The notes under the pieces are model-generated. The model was not told the origin of the DNA, searched no databases, and worked only from the letters and a program-made list of their open reading frames with translations. The translations under genes and the position numbers were made by a program. From Candidatus Roizmanbacteria bacterium (GTDB lineage Bacteria > Patescibacteriota > Microgenomatia > UBA1406), in contig JANLHL010000038.1 in the NCBI GenBank assembly GCA_024654535.1, forward strand, positions 237,299 to 301,298: a stretch of 64,000 nt of DNA, given 5' to 3'. Numbering within the stretch: position 1 is the stretch's first letter; each line of letters opens with the position of its first letter. Shown piece after piece: positions 29,223-38,199 of this stretch.

Positions 29223-29681
29223 ATGAAAAATAGTAACCTTATTTTAACACCGCAAGGAAAAAAGAAGCTCGAAGAAGAGCTTGTCGCTTTGCGTACAAAA
29301 AGGCCTTTGGCTTTAGAAGAGTTGCAGCGCGCGCGTGCTATGGGAGACCTTAAAGAAAATAGTGCGTACCAAGCTGCACGCGCACACCTTTCAGACATTG
29401 ACCATCACATAATAAAGTGTGAACTTATGTTGCGTCGAAGTACTGTTGTTGAAAAGCAAGATATTGAAACGGTACAGATTGGGAGTTTGGTAAAAATAAA
29501 AAATGGTTCGTTTGAGATGATTGTTACGATTGTGGGTGAGTCAGAAGCAGACCCAAAGAAGAAGCACATTTCACATGGTTCGCCTTTAGCAAAAGCTCTG
29601 TTGGGTAAGAAAAAGGGTGAACAGGCCAGTCTTGTTACCGAAACAACCGTCATAGAATATAGTATTATTGAAATAACATGA
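29223..29681 (+). CDS. greA: transcription elongation factor GreA
   Basis: N-terminal coiled coil with …AMGDLKENSAYQAA… (GDLSENAEY-type acidic tip) and a C-terminal FKBP-like domain. Confidence 0.85.
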   Translation: MKNSNLILTPQGKKKLEEELVALRTKRPLALEELQRARAMGDLKENSAYQAARAHLSDIDHHIIKCELMLRRSTVVEKQDIETVQIGSLVKIKNGSFEMIVTIVGESEADPKKKHISHGSPLAKALLGKKKGEQASLVTETTVIEYSIIEIT

Positions 29682-31219
29682 CAGACTTTATTTCAGACGA
29701 TCTTGTCGGTCAGCGCACACGACGAATTCAAAAACTTGAAGATCTTAAAGCGCTTGGTATAAACCCCTATCCATCAGAATCAAAAAAATCTTGCACAAAT
29801 AAAGAAATACTTGATGAGTTTAGCGCTTACGATAAAAAGAGCGTTACAGTAGCAGGTCGAATTATGACATGGCGAGAACATGGTGTTTTGGTATTCAGTG
29901 ATATTCGTGACATGAGCGGTGATTTACAACTGTGGATTACGAAAGATACGCTCGTAAAAGATTTAGGTAATGGTTACTTAGGTTGGGATGAGCTGAAACT
30001 GCTCGATACCGGTGATTTTGTTCAAGCTGAAGGTATAGTCACTAAAACTGCGAGAGGTGCTATTTCGGTAGCAGTTAAGAATCTAAAATTATTGTCAAAA
30101 AGCATTCGCCCAATCCCACAACGCCTGGCTGATCAGGAAGAACTGTTGCGCAGACGGTACTTAGATTTACTATTACACAGTGAGAAGAAAGAACTGTTTT
30201 TGCGTAAAGAGCGGTTTTTTGAAGCAAACAGAGAATTTTTAAAGAAAAATGGATTTGTTGAAGTTACCACTCCTGTCCTTGAACATGTGACCGGTGGTGC
30301 AGATGCACGTCCTTTTGCTACCCACCATAACGACTTACATGAAGATTTTTATTTGCGCATCTCAACCGAACTCTATCAGAAACGGCTTATTGGAGCAGGA
30401 TTTGAAAAGATATTTACCATTGGTCCTAATTTTAGAAACGAGGGAATTAGCGACGAACACTTGCAAGAATACTCTCAGATAGAGTGGTACTGGGCATATG
30501 CAAATTACCGCGACAATATGCTCTTAGTTCGCGATTGTATACGGCATGTTGCGCAGAGCGTTTACGGAAAAACTGTTTTTAGTACGCGCGGTCTTACGTT
30601 TGATTTGGCACATGAATGGAAAGAACTCGACTATAAAACCGTGATACAAGAGCGTCTGGGAATAGATATTTTTGCCGATTCAGATGAGAAAATACAGAAA
30701 GCAATTATTGAGAACGGTGTTCATCTAAAAGGAATCATAAACAGAAGTAGACTCATCGATAATGCGTGGAAGATCGTTCGGAAGACTATGTCGGGGCCGG
30801 CATTTCTGGTGAATGAACCAGCAAGTATGTCGCCTTTGGCCAAGGCTCGTACTGATGATCCTACTCTCACCGAACGTTTTCATGTTATTTTAGCCGGGAG
30901 CGAGTTGGGTAATGGGTATTCAGAGGTAAATGACCCACAGTATCAGCTAGAGCAATTTCTTGGACAACAAAAATTGCGTGACGCTGGGGATGATGAGGCT
31001 CAGATGTTGGATATTGATTATGTTGAAATGCTGGAATACGGTATGCCGCCCGTGTCTGGGTATGGCCAAAGTGAACGCGTATTTTGGTTTTTAGAAGATA
31101 TTACCGCACGTGAAGGTACGCTCTTTCCACAATTAAGCTTTGCACTAGACGAAACGACGAAGAAAATTTATGGTGAAAAAGTGATTCAACATACAAAACA
31201 TGGCCGAGATAATACATAG
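29678..31219 (+). CDS. lysS: lysyl-tRNA synthetase, class II
   Basis: N-terminal OB anticodon-binding domain (VAGRIMTWREHG…FSDIRD), motif 2 FRNEGISDEHLQEYSQIEWY, and motif 3 near the C-terminus. Confidence 0.9.
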   Translation: MTDFISDDLVGQRTRRIQKLEDLKALGINPYPSESKKSCTNKEILDEFSAYDKKSVTVAGRIMTWREHGVLVFSDIRDMSGDLQLWITKDTLVKDLGNGYLGWDELKLLDTGDFVQAEGIVTKTARGAISVAVKNLKLLSKSIRPIPQRLADQEELLRRRYLDLLLHSEKKELFLRKERFFEANREFLKKNGFVEVTTPVLEHVTGGADARPFATHHNDLHEDFYLRISTELYQKRLIGAGFEKIFTIGPNFRNEGISDEHLQEYSQIEWYWAYANYRDNMLLVRDCIRHVAQSVYGKTVFSTRGLTFDLAHEWKELDYKTVIQERLGIDIFADSDEKIQKAIIENGVHLKGIINRSRLIDNAWKIVRKTMSGPAFLVNEPASMSPLAKARTDDPTLTERFHVILAGSELGNGYSEVNDPQYQLEQFLGQQKLRDAGDDEAQMLDIDYVEMLEYGMPPVSGYGQSERVFWFLEDITAREGTLFPQLSFALDETTKKIYGEKVIQHTKHGRDNT

Positions 31220-31916
31220 AGAACTCGATCCACAAAAATCTTCTATTTCACTAATCATTTGGGACGTCGATGGTACATTGTATCAAAGTAGTCCTAATCT
31301 TTCTGAGCAGTATAGGAATGCAAACAAAGTACTTTTTAAAAAATGGTTTCCAAATAGGTCAGAAGTTGAGCTTACACAGGAATTTTTACAAATAAAAGAA
31401 CAGACAAAGAGCTCTACGCAGGCGTTATCAAATATGGGTTGTGGAAGTTTGGTAGAAGTTGAGCAACAACTCGAACTATATCTCGATACTAAAAAGAGCA
31501 TACAGCCGAATCAAGATCTAGTTGTATTTTTTTCTAAACTTACAGATCTTTACCCTGCTCGACACTGGGCCGTCCGCAATGGTTTCACAGTCAGTACGAT
31601 CGAGAGGTTGTCATTGATAGGTTTTGAAAAAGGCCAGGATGGTTTATTCGGACCATTCGAAAAGGTTATTGGCACGTTTGATACCTACCAAGTTGCGAAA
31701 CCGTCGCAGCTCATTTTTGCCGACCTACTGCGTATGGCGAATGTGCCCGCACATAAAATACTTTCGGTAGGCGATAGAGCTGAAATTGAATTAACACCGG
31801 CAAAAAAGTTGGGTATGCAAACCGCATTAATTACCTACGGTAAGCCAGCCGAAAAAAATAAAGACATCGACTATATTATCCAAACGCCCTACGACATTGA
31901 ATCGCTGATGCAATAG
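31200..31916 (+). CDS. HAD-superfamily hydrolase
   Basis: IIWDVDGTLY (motif I, DxDGT). The downstream …VGDRAEIEL region acts as motif IV. Confidence 0.6.
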   Translation: MAEIIHRELDPQKSSISLIIWDVDGTLYQSSPNLSEQYRNANKVLFKKWFPNRSEVELTQEFLQIKEQTKSSTQALSNMGCGSLVEVEQQLELYLDTKKSIQPNQDLVVFFSKLTDLYPARHWAVRNGFTVSTIERLSLIGFEKGQDGLFGPFEKVIGTFDTYQVAKPSQLIFADLLRMANVPAHKILSVGDRAEIELTPAKKLGMQTALITYGKPAEKNKDIDYIIQTPYDIESLMQ

Positions 31917-32000
31917 CAGATTCTTATTTTCATCAGAAAGACTAGTATTTGTTTTTTTTGACATTTGTCACTTGAACTTCATTTGACATTGCGATCTTAG

Positions 32001-32038
32001 CGAAGCAATCTCTCATTTCCATTGATCAGATTGCTTCG
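32001..32038 (+). other. 10-bp perfect stem hairpin (cgaagcaatc … gattgcttcg, 18-nt loop) in the intergenic region
   Basis: The inverted repeat is read directly. There is no U-run, so it is not a canonical terminator. Confidence 0.3.
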
Positions 32039-32081
32039 GTCGTTCCTCCCTCGCAATGACGATTATATTTAGTAGTATGAT

Positions 32082-32137
32082 TTGGATATTGGATATTGGA
32101 TATTGGATATTGGATATTGGATATTGGATATTGGATA
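32082..32137. repeat. perfect tandem heptanucleotide microsatellite (TTGGATA)×8
   Basis: Read directly from the sequence. It ends 9 nt upstream of a TGTATACT −10-like box, which precedes the HD-gene ATG (32159) by 6 nt. Confidence 0.9.
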
Positions 32138-32158
32138 TCCCTCCTGTATACTTGTCCC

Positions 32159-32725
32159 ATGCTTACTCGACAAACGTATCTTGACATTGTGAATGCTCAT
32201 ATAAAAAACAAAAATTTAGTTAAGCACTGCTTAGCTGTAGAAGCTGCTATGCGAGCTCTTGCGCGACATTTCCAGGAGGATGAAGATGTATGGGGATTGG
32301 CAGGGCTTATCCATGACGCGGATTGGGAGGAAACGGCAAATGATATAACTTTACATACAAAAAAGACTATCGAATGGTTAAAAGAGCACGGAGAAGATGA
32401 TACACGTATTATAGAGACAGTGCTTGCGCATAATTATAAGAATAACGGACACGAAGAACCTAAAGATACTATGCAGTGGGCTCTTTACACTTGTGATGAG
32501 CTTACAGGGCTTATTATTGCAACGACGCTTGTTCGTCCAGATAAACAATTGACATCGGTAACTGTTGAGTCGGTTCTAAAAAAATTTCCTGCCAAAGCAT
32601 TTGCTGCGGGGGTTGATCGTGAGCAAATAAAACTGTGTGAAGAAAAACTTGGTATTCCGATTCATGACTTTGTGAATATTATCCTTACAGAAATGCAAGG
32701 CATCCACACAGACCTTGGATTATGA
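32159..32725 (+). CDS. HD-domain phosphohydrolase
   Basis: HCLAVEAAMRALARHF … GLIHDADWEE (the H…HD signature). The ORF-track start at 32096 is a TTG-initiated translation of the microsatellite (MDIGYWILDIGYW). Confidence 0.6.
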   Translation: MLTRQTYLDIVNAHIKNKNLVKHCLAVEAAMRALARHFQEDEDVWGLAGLIHDADWEETANDITLHTKKTIEWLKEHGEDDTRIIETVLAHNYKNNGHEEPKDTMQWALYTCDELTGLIIATTLVRPDKQLTSVTVESVLKKFPAKAFAAGVDREQIKLCEEKLGIPIHDFVNIILTEMQGIHTDLGL

Positions 32726-33327
32726 GACAGCTTCTTATAGCAACGCGCAATAAAGCAAAACTCCTAGAAATAAAGAATACTTTCTCTACACTCTCCACAA
32801 TATCTGTTGTCGATTTGTCGACGCTGAATATTTCTCAAGAGGCAAAAGAAACCGCTACTACTTTTAAAGAAAATGCGAAGCTGAAAGCTACTTTTTTCGC
32901 AAATATATCGCGCCTTCCCACACTTGCAGATGACGCCGGTATAGAAATACAAGCTCTTAATGGCGAACCAGGTGTTCGATCGCGCAGGTGGCTAGGATAT
33001 GAAGCGAGTGATGAGGAGCTTATACACTATACACTATCACGCTTGAAAGGGGTCGAAGGAAAAGAGCGTGCTGCTCGGTTGACAAGTTGTATCAGTGTAT
33101 ACATTCCTACTCTCAAAAGGTATATCTATCAGCAGGAGAGTATAGATGGTTCTATAGCTAAAAAGCCAAGCAGTAGACGAGTTGAGGGATATCCATACCG
33201 ATCAGTTTTTATAGTAGATGCATTCAATAAGTATTATGATGAGCTTTCGCCCAAAGAGCACGATGCAATTAATCATCGTGTCCGTGCATTGAAAAATATT
33301 ATCCCTCAACTTAATAATTTAGTGTAG
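32722..33327 (+). CDS. rdgB: non-canonical purine NTP pyrophosphatase (RdgB/HAM1 ITPase)
   Basis: LLIATRNKAKLLE and LADDAGIEIQALNGEPGVRSRRW. Confidence 0.8.
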   Translation: MRQLLIATRNKAKLLEIKNTFSTLSTISVVDLSTLNISQEAKETATTFKENAKLKATFFANISRLPTLADDAGIEIQALNGEPGVRSRRWLGYEASDEELIHYTLSRLKGVEGKERAARLTSCISVYIPTLKRYIYQQESIDGSIAKKPSSRRVEGYPYRSVFIVDAFNKYYDELSPKEHDAINHRVRALKNIIPQLNNLV

Positions 33328-33337
33328 AATTTCATCT

Positions 33338-33850
33338 ATGATACGATTTATAACTCTCCTTTTGCAGCTTGCTACAATAGCAAGTCTGGGTGTTGTTGTT
33401 TTATTATGTCTAGGTCTATATATGAAAAAGCCTTTAACAGTATTTTCATATATTAAGAAACGAGTATTGTTCTTTTCTTTCTTGATGGCACTTATGGCCA
33501 CGAGCGGTAGTTTATTTTTTTCTGAAATAGCGCTTTTCGAACCATGTAAGCTTTGTTGGTTGCAGCGTATAGTTATGTATCCACAAGTAGTGCTGTTTGG
33601 GGTAGCGCTACTCAGAAAAGATGTGAAAATAATGACGTATACGGTGTATCTATCAGTCATTGGTGCTTCTATAGCGCTGTATCATTATGGACTCAACTGG
33701 TATGCGCTCTATTTTCCAGTTGAAAAGTGTTCAGTAACTTCAGTATCGTGTACAAGCCCTCATTTTGCCTTTGGCTTTGTCAATATCCCGCTCATGTCAT
33801 TTTTGGCCTTTATCATTCTTCTATTGCTGTATAAATACTCGAAAGAATAA
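33338..33850 (+). CDS. disulfide bond formation protein B (DsbB/BdbC family)
   Basis: Four TM helices. FEPCKLCWLQRI in loop 1 (PCxLCxxQR, as in BdbC) and a second Cys pair, CSVTSVSC, in loop 2. Confidence 0.6.
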   Translation: MIRFITLLLQLATIASLGVVVLLCLGLYMKKPLTVFSYIKKRVLFFSFLMALMATSGSLFFSEIALFEPCKLCWLQRIVMYPQVVLFGVALLRKDVKIMTYTVYLSVIGASIALYHYGLNWYALYFPVEKCSVTSVSCTSPHFAFGFVNIPLMSFLAFIILLLLYKYSKE

Positions 33851-33881
33851 ACCCGTTCTATTCGAGAATATCCAACAAAAA

Positions 33882-33968
33882 TTTTGAAATTTGGCATTGG
33901 GATTTGGAACTTTATTGGATATTTGAATTTGGATATTGGAGTTGCAATGGATATTGGGTATTAGGGTT
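33882..33968. repeat. intergenic repeat element copy 'B' (TTTGGA/TTGGATA-type degenerate 7–8-nt periodic repeats)
   Basis: Positions 33882–33916 are the exact reverse complement of 35334–35368. Positions 33915–33940 are a direct, 24/26-identical copy of 35421–35446. Confidence 0.8.
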
Positions 33969-33988
33969 GCTTTTGCTATACTTGAAAT

Positions 33989-35299
33989 ATGTTGGATATA
34001 AACTTTATTCGTAAAAACCTTGAGTTGGTCAAAAAAACTGTTGTAAACAAGAAGTTCTCAAATCGTGTAGACGTAGATAGATTACTTGAACTTGATGCAC
34101 AGCTGTTACCTATCAAAATCGAGCTCAATGATGTTCGTCAAAAAAGAAATGAATTAGACAAAAAGATTAAATTTACAAAAGTTCTTAAGGAAAGGCAGCA
34201 ATTAATAGATGAGAATACGCGTCTTAAGACTCGCTTAAAAAGTCTCGAAGTTGACTATGTAAAGCTCAACGAACAATTTGAAAAAATGATGCTTTTGTTG
34301 CCAAATGTAACGAGTCCTAAGATGCCAGTCGGTAAAGACGAAAGCGAAAATATATCTATTCGAAAATGGGGAACAATTCCAAAATTTAGCTTTACTCCTC
34401 GCAATCACGTGGAGTTGGGCAAGCGTTTAGATATTATTGATGTTGAAAGATCTTCTGAAGTAAGTGGCGCACGTTTTTATTATTTAAAAAATGAAGCGGT
34501 ACGAATGCAGTTTGCCATTATTCAAATGGTTTTTGAAATTTTATCAGATAAAACTGTTTTGAAACGATTGGCCGATACGGCAAAAAATCCTTTCAGTAAT
34601 GCATTTATACCGGTTATTCCACCAGTCATGATCAAACCAGAGATTATGAAGAAAATGGATAGACTTGATCCAATCGAAGAAAGGTATGAGCTTAAAAAAG
34701 ACGATTTAATCTTAGTCGGTAGCGCTGAACATACACTCGGTCCTATGCACATGAATGAAACGTTTGCATATGATGACTTGCCAAAAAGATACATAGGGTA
34801 TTCGACTGCCTTTCGAAGAGAGGCGGGTTCATATGGAAAAGACATGCAAGGTATCTTACGGGTGCATCAGTTTGATAAGCTCGAAATGGAATCATTTGTA
34901 CCTGCAGAGTATGGCGAGGTTGAACAAGATTTTATTGTTGCGATACAAGAATATCTGGTTCAACAGTTAGGACTTCCATACCAGGTTATTCAAATTTGTA
35001 CAGGAGACACTGGCAAACCAGATTATAATCAATACGACATAGAATGTTGGATTCCTTCGCAAAATAAATATAGAGAAACCCACACTTCGGATTACATGAC
35101 CGATTATCAATCGAGAAGACTAAACATTCGTTATTTTGATAAAGATAAAAATAAAAAATTTGTTCATATGAATGACGCTACTGCCTTTGCTATTAGCAGG
35201 ATCTTAATTGCAATCCTTGAGAATTTTCAACAAGAAGATGGAAGCGTACTTGTCCCAGAGGTTTTACAGCCACTGTGTGGATTTAAGAAGATAGGATAG
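33989..35299 (+). CDS. serS: seryl-tRNA synthetase
   Basis: N-terminal coiled-coil arm and motif 2 FRREAGSYGKDMQGILRVHQFDKLE. TATACT lies 6 nt upstream of the ATG. Confidence 0.9.
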   Translation: MLDINFIRKNLELVKKTVVNKKFSNRVDVDRLLELDAQLLPIKIELNDVRQKRNELDKKIKFTKVLKERQQLIDENTRLKTRLKSLEVDYVKLNEQFEKMMLLLPNVTSPKMPVGKDESENISIRKWGTIPKFSFTPRNHVELGKRLDIIDVERSSEVSGARFYYLKNEAVRMQFAIIQMVFEILSDKTVLKRLADTAKNPFSNAFIPVIPPVMIKPEIMKKMDRLDPIEERYELKKDDLILVGSAEHTLGPMHMNETFAYDDLPKRYIGYSTAFRREAGSYGKDMQGILRVHQFDKLEMESFVPAEYGEVEQDFIVAIQEYLVQQLGLPYQVIQICTGDTGKPDYNQYDIECWIPSQNKYRETHTSDYMTDYQSRRLNIRYFDKDKNKKFVHMNDATAFAISRILIAILENFQQEDGSVLVPEVLQPLCGFKKIG

Positions 35300-35310
35300 T
35301 GTAAGAAACT

Positions 35311-35447
35311 CAAATACCCAATATCCAATATCAAATAAAGTTCCAAATCCCAATGCCAAATTTCAAAATGGGACATTGATACTTTGACATTTACCTGCCT
35401 CGCCGGCAGGCGGGCTGGATATTGGATATTTGAACTTGGATATTCCA
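35311..35447. repeat. intergenic repeat element copy 'C' (inverted and direct partner of copy B) with two embedded hairpins
   Basis: Positions 35334–35368 form an inverted 35-mer. Hairpins: cctgcc-tcgcc-ggcagg (35394–35410) and aaactttctt…aagaaagttt (35449–35477). Confidence 0.8.
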
Positions 35448-35499
35448 TAAACTTTCTTTCACTCCTGAAGAAAGTTTATGGTTATGGTATATTCTCTCT

Positions 35500-38187
35500 A
35501 TGCTTAATTTTCTAAAATCACTCGTTGATACTAATGCTCGAGAACTTAAACGTTTATCTCGTATTGTTGTCGAAATAAATAACCTTGAAGACAAGGCGCG
35601 TGCACTTAAAGATGCTGATTTTCCCAAAGAAACGCACAAACTGAAAGAACAAATAACACACGATCCTACACAGCTTTCTGTCGTACTGCCTTGGGCATAT
35701 GCACTCGTTAGGGAAGCATCTCGTCGCGTATTGGGAGAACGACATTTTGATGTGCAGCTAATGGCCGGTATAGCACTTCACGAAGGGAACATTGCAGAGC
35801 AAAAAACTGGTGAAGGAAAGACACTGTCTGCGACAGCGCCACTGTATCTCAATGCGCTCACAGGTAAAGGCGCACATTTGGTAACGGTGAATGATTACCT
35901 TGCTCGTCGCGACGCAGGTTGGATGGGTATGGTATTTGATTTTTTGGGTATGACCACGTCTGCCATTATTTCAGAGCAATCGTACATTTACGATAGGGAA
36001 CATTTTGATACATCTAGCTCAGATTGGCGCATTACTCATTTGCGCAACGTTTCACGAAAAGAAGCGTATATGGCAGATATTACGTATGGTATTAATAGTG
36101 AATTTGGGTTCGATTATCTGCGTGATAACATGGTATTTGCACAAGAAGAGTGGGTACAGCGCGGATTTAATTTTGCCATAATTGATGAAGTTGACTCAGT
36201 TCTTATAGATGAAGCACGTACGCCGCACATAATCTCTGCACCTATTGAACAGGACACCAGTCGGTACTACGACTATGCACGTATTGTAGACAGGCTTTTA
36301 CCAAATGTTGATTATGCGGTAGATGAAAAATTGAAGACAGCCAATCTTACTGAGGTAGGAGTGGAAAAAGTTGAGAAATTGCTTGGTACAGAAAATATGT
36401 ATGAAAAAGACTACGACACCCTTTTTCATATAGAGGCATCGTTGAAAGCAAAAGCGCTTTTTAGACTCGACAAAGATTACATAGTTCGCAATAATGAAAT
36501 CGTCATCGTTGATGAATTTACCGGTCGACTTCTCGAAGGGAGACGTTTTTCCGAGGGAATACACCAAGCTATTGAGGCAAAAGAGAATGTTCCTATAAAA
36601 CAAGAATCAAAAACGCTCGCGACCATTTCATTGCAGAATTATTTCAGAATGTATGACAAGCTTGCGGGTATGACAGGAACAGCTGCAACAGAAGCCGAAG
36701 AATTTCATAAAATTTACAAACTCAATGTGATCGTCATTCCGACAAATAAAGAGAAAAAACGTATTGATAATCCAGACTACATTTACAAAACAGAGAAAGG
36801 TAAGTTTAGTGCATTAGTGGAAGAAATAGCAAAAGAACACAAAGTAGGTAGGCCAATTCTCGTTGGTACGACAAGTATAGAAAAAAATGAAGTTCTTTCG
36901 GGCTTACTTAAGAGGAAAGGCATTCCTCATGAGCTTTTAAATGCAAAGAATCATGAAAGTGAGGCATCTATTATCGCTCAAGCAGGCGCATTGAAAGCAG
37001 TTACTATAGCAACAAATATGGCTGGTCGTGGTGTTGACATACTCTTGGGTGGAACTCCACCAAATAAGAACGACGATAGCGAGAATAAGAAGTCCGATGC
37101 AAAAAAATACAATCAAGAGTTGTTGCAGTGGAAGAAAAATCACGAACAAATTGTGAGTTTGGGTGGACTTTATGTGATTGGAACTGAGCGACATGAATCT
37201 CGCCGCATCGATAATCAGCTTAGAGGGCGGGCAGGCCGACAGGGAGATCCAGGAGAAACACGATTCTTTATCTCACTCGAAGATGAAATGGTTCGGATCT
37301 TTGGAGGAGATCACATTGGTAAGCTTATGACATTTTTTAATATGCCAGAAGATCAACCACTCGAACACGCCATGGTTTCCAAAGCTATAGAGCAAGTGCA
37401 GGTTAAGGTTGAAGGATTTAACTTTGATGTACGTAAACATTTGCTGGAGTTCGATGATGTATTAAATAAGCACAGAGAAATAATTTACACTCAGCGCAAA
37501 CATATGATAGATAGAGCGAGTCAAAGCGTTGAGCATATGAAGCAATTTGTTATGGACTCAATTATCGGACTCGTTTCTGATCTTGAAAAAAATACAAATC
37601 AGGATGAACAACAGCGCAAAGGAATGCTTATAGATTTGACAAAGGAAATCTTTTCATTAACCGAAGAGAATCAGAAACAACTTGAGACGATGGATGCGTC
37701 TGAACTATCTAAGAAGCTGCAAGAAAATATAGTGCGCGTATTAACAGAAAAGGAAAAGGTTTTTGGGTCAGATATTTATTTACAAGGTGTCAAAGTTTTG
37801 TATCTCAGTACCGTTGATCACTACTTTACAGAGCACCTCACTAGTATAGAAAGTTTGCGTGAAGGAATTAACTTGCGCGGTTATGCTCAGCTTGATCCGC
37901 TGGTAGAATATAAAAAAGAGGCTTTTAAGCTTTTCCACAGTATGCGTGAGGCCATACGTACCGATTTTGTGCGGAGATTAGTGCATTTAGAAGTACAACC
38001 GATGATGGATACGCCGCAGCAAGAGATAACTATACCGGCAAACCCAAGTGAGTTATCGCAAAAATCTGTTTCTCATAAAAAGAAAACTGGAAAAAAGGCA
38101 GAGTCGACCAAACTTGGGAGAAATGATCCCTGTTGGTGTGGTAGTGGAAAGAAGTGGAAAAAATGCCACTATCCAAAAATGAATTAA
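35500..38187 (+). CDS. secA: preprotein translocase ATPase SecA
   Basis: DEAD-like motor motifs and a C-terminal zinc-binding tail, CWCGSGKKWKKCH. 895 aa. TGGTATATT lies 6 nt upstream of the ATG. Confidence 0.95.
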   Translation: MLNFLKSLVDTNARELKRLSRIVVEINNLEDKARALKDADFPKETHKLKEQITHDPTQLSVVLPWAYALVREASRRVLGERHFDVQLMAGIALHEGNIAEQKTGEGKTLSATAPLYLNALTGKGAHLVTVNDYLARRDAGWMGMVFDFLGMTTSAIISEQSYIYDREHFDTSSSDWRITHLRNVSRKEAYMADITYGINSEFGFDYLRDNMVFAQEEWVQRGFNFAIIDEVDSVLIDEARTPHIISAPIEQDTSRYYDYARIVDRLLPNVDYAVDEKLKTANLTEVGVEKVEKLLGTENMYEKDYDTLFHIEASLKAKALFRLDKDYIVRNNEIVIVDEFTGRLLEGRRFSEGIHQAIEAKENVPIKQESKTLATISLQNYFRMYDKLAGMTGTAATEAEEFHKIYKLNVIVIPTNKEKKRIDNPDYIYKTEKGKFSALVEEIAKEHKVGRPILVGTTSIEKNEVLSGLLKRKGIPHELLNAKNHESEASIIAQAGALKAVTIATNMAGRGVDILLGGTPPNKNDDSENKKSDAKKYNQELLQWKKNHEQIVSLGGLYVIGTERHESRRIDNQLRGRAGRQGDPGETRFFISLEDEMVRIFGGDHIGKLMTFFNMPEDQPLEHAMVSKAIEQVQVKVEGFNFDVRKHLLEFDDVLNKHREIIYTQRKHMIDRASQSVEHMKQFVMDSIIGLVSDLEKNTNQDEQQRKGMLIDLTKEIFSLTEENQKQLETMDASELSKKLQENIVRVLTEKEKVFGSDIYLQGVKVLYLSTVDHYFTEHLTSIESLREGINLRGYAQLDPLVEYKKEAFKLFHSMREAIRTDFVRRLVHLEVQPMMDTPQQEITIPANPSELSQKSVSHKKKTGKKAESTKLGRNDPCWCGSGKKWKKCHYPKMN

Positions 38188-38199
38188 TGATCAAATTAA

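Noticed and set aside
32096-32158. N-terminal extension of ORF 32096..32725 (MDIGYWILDIGYWISLLYTCP)
   Set aside because: It starts at a TTG inside the (TTGGATA)×8 microsatellite and simply translates the repeat. The real HD-domain gene begins at the ATG 32159, which has a −10 box 6 nt upstream.
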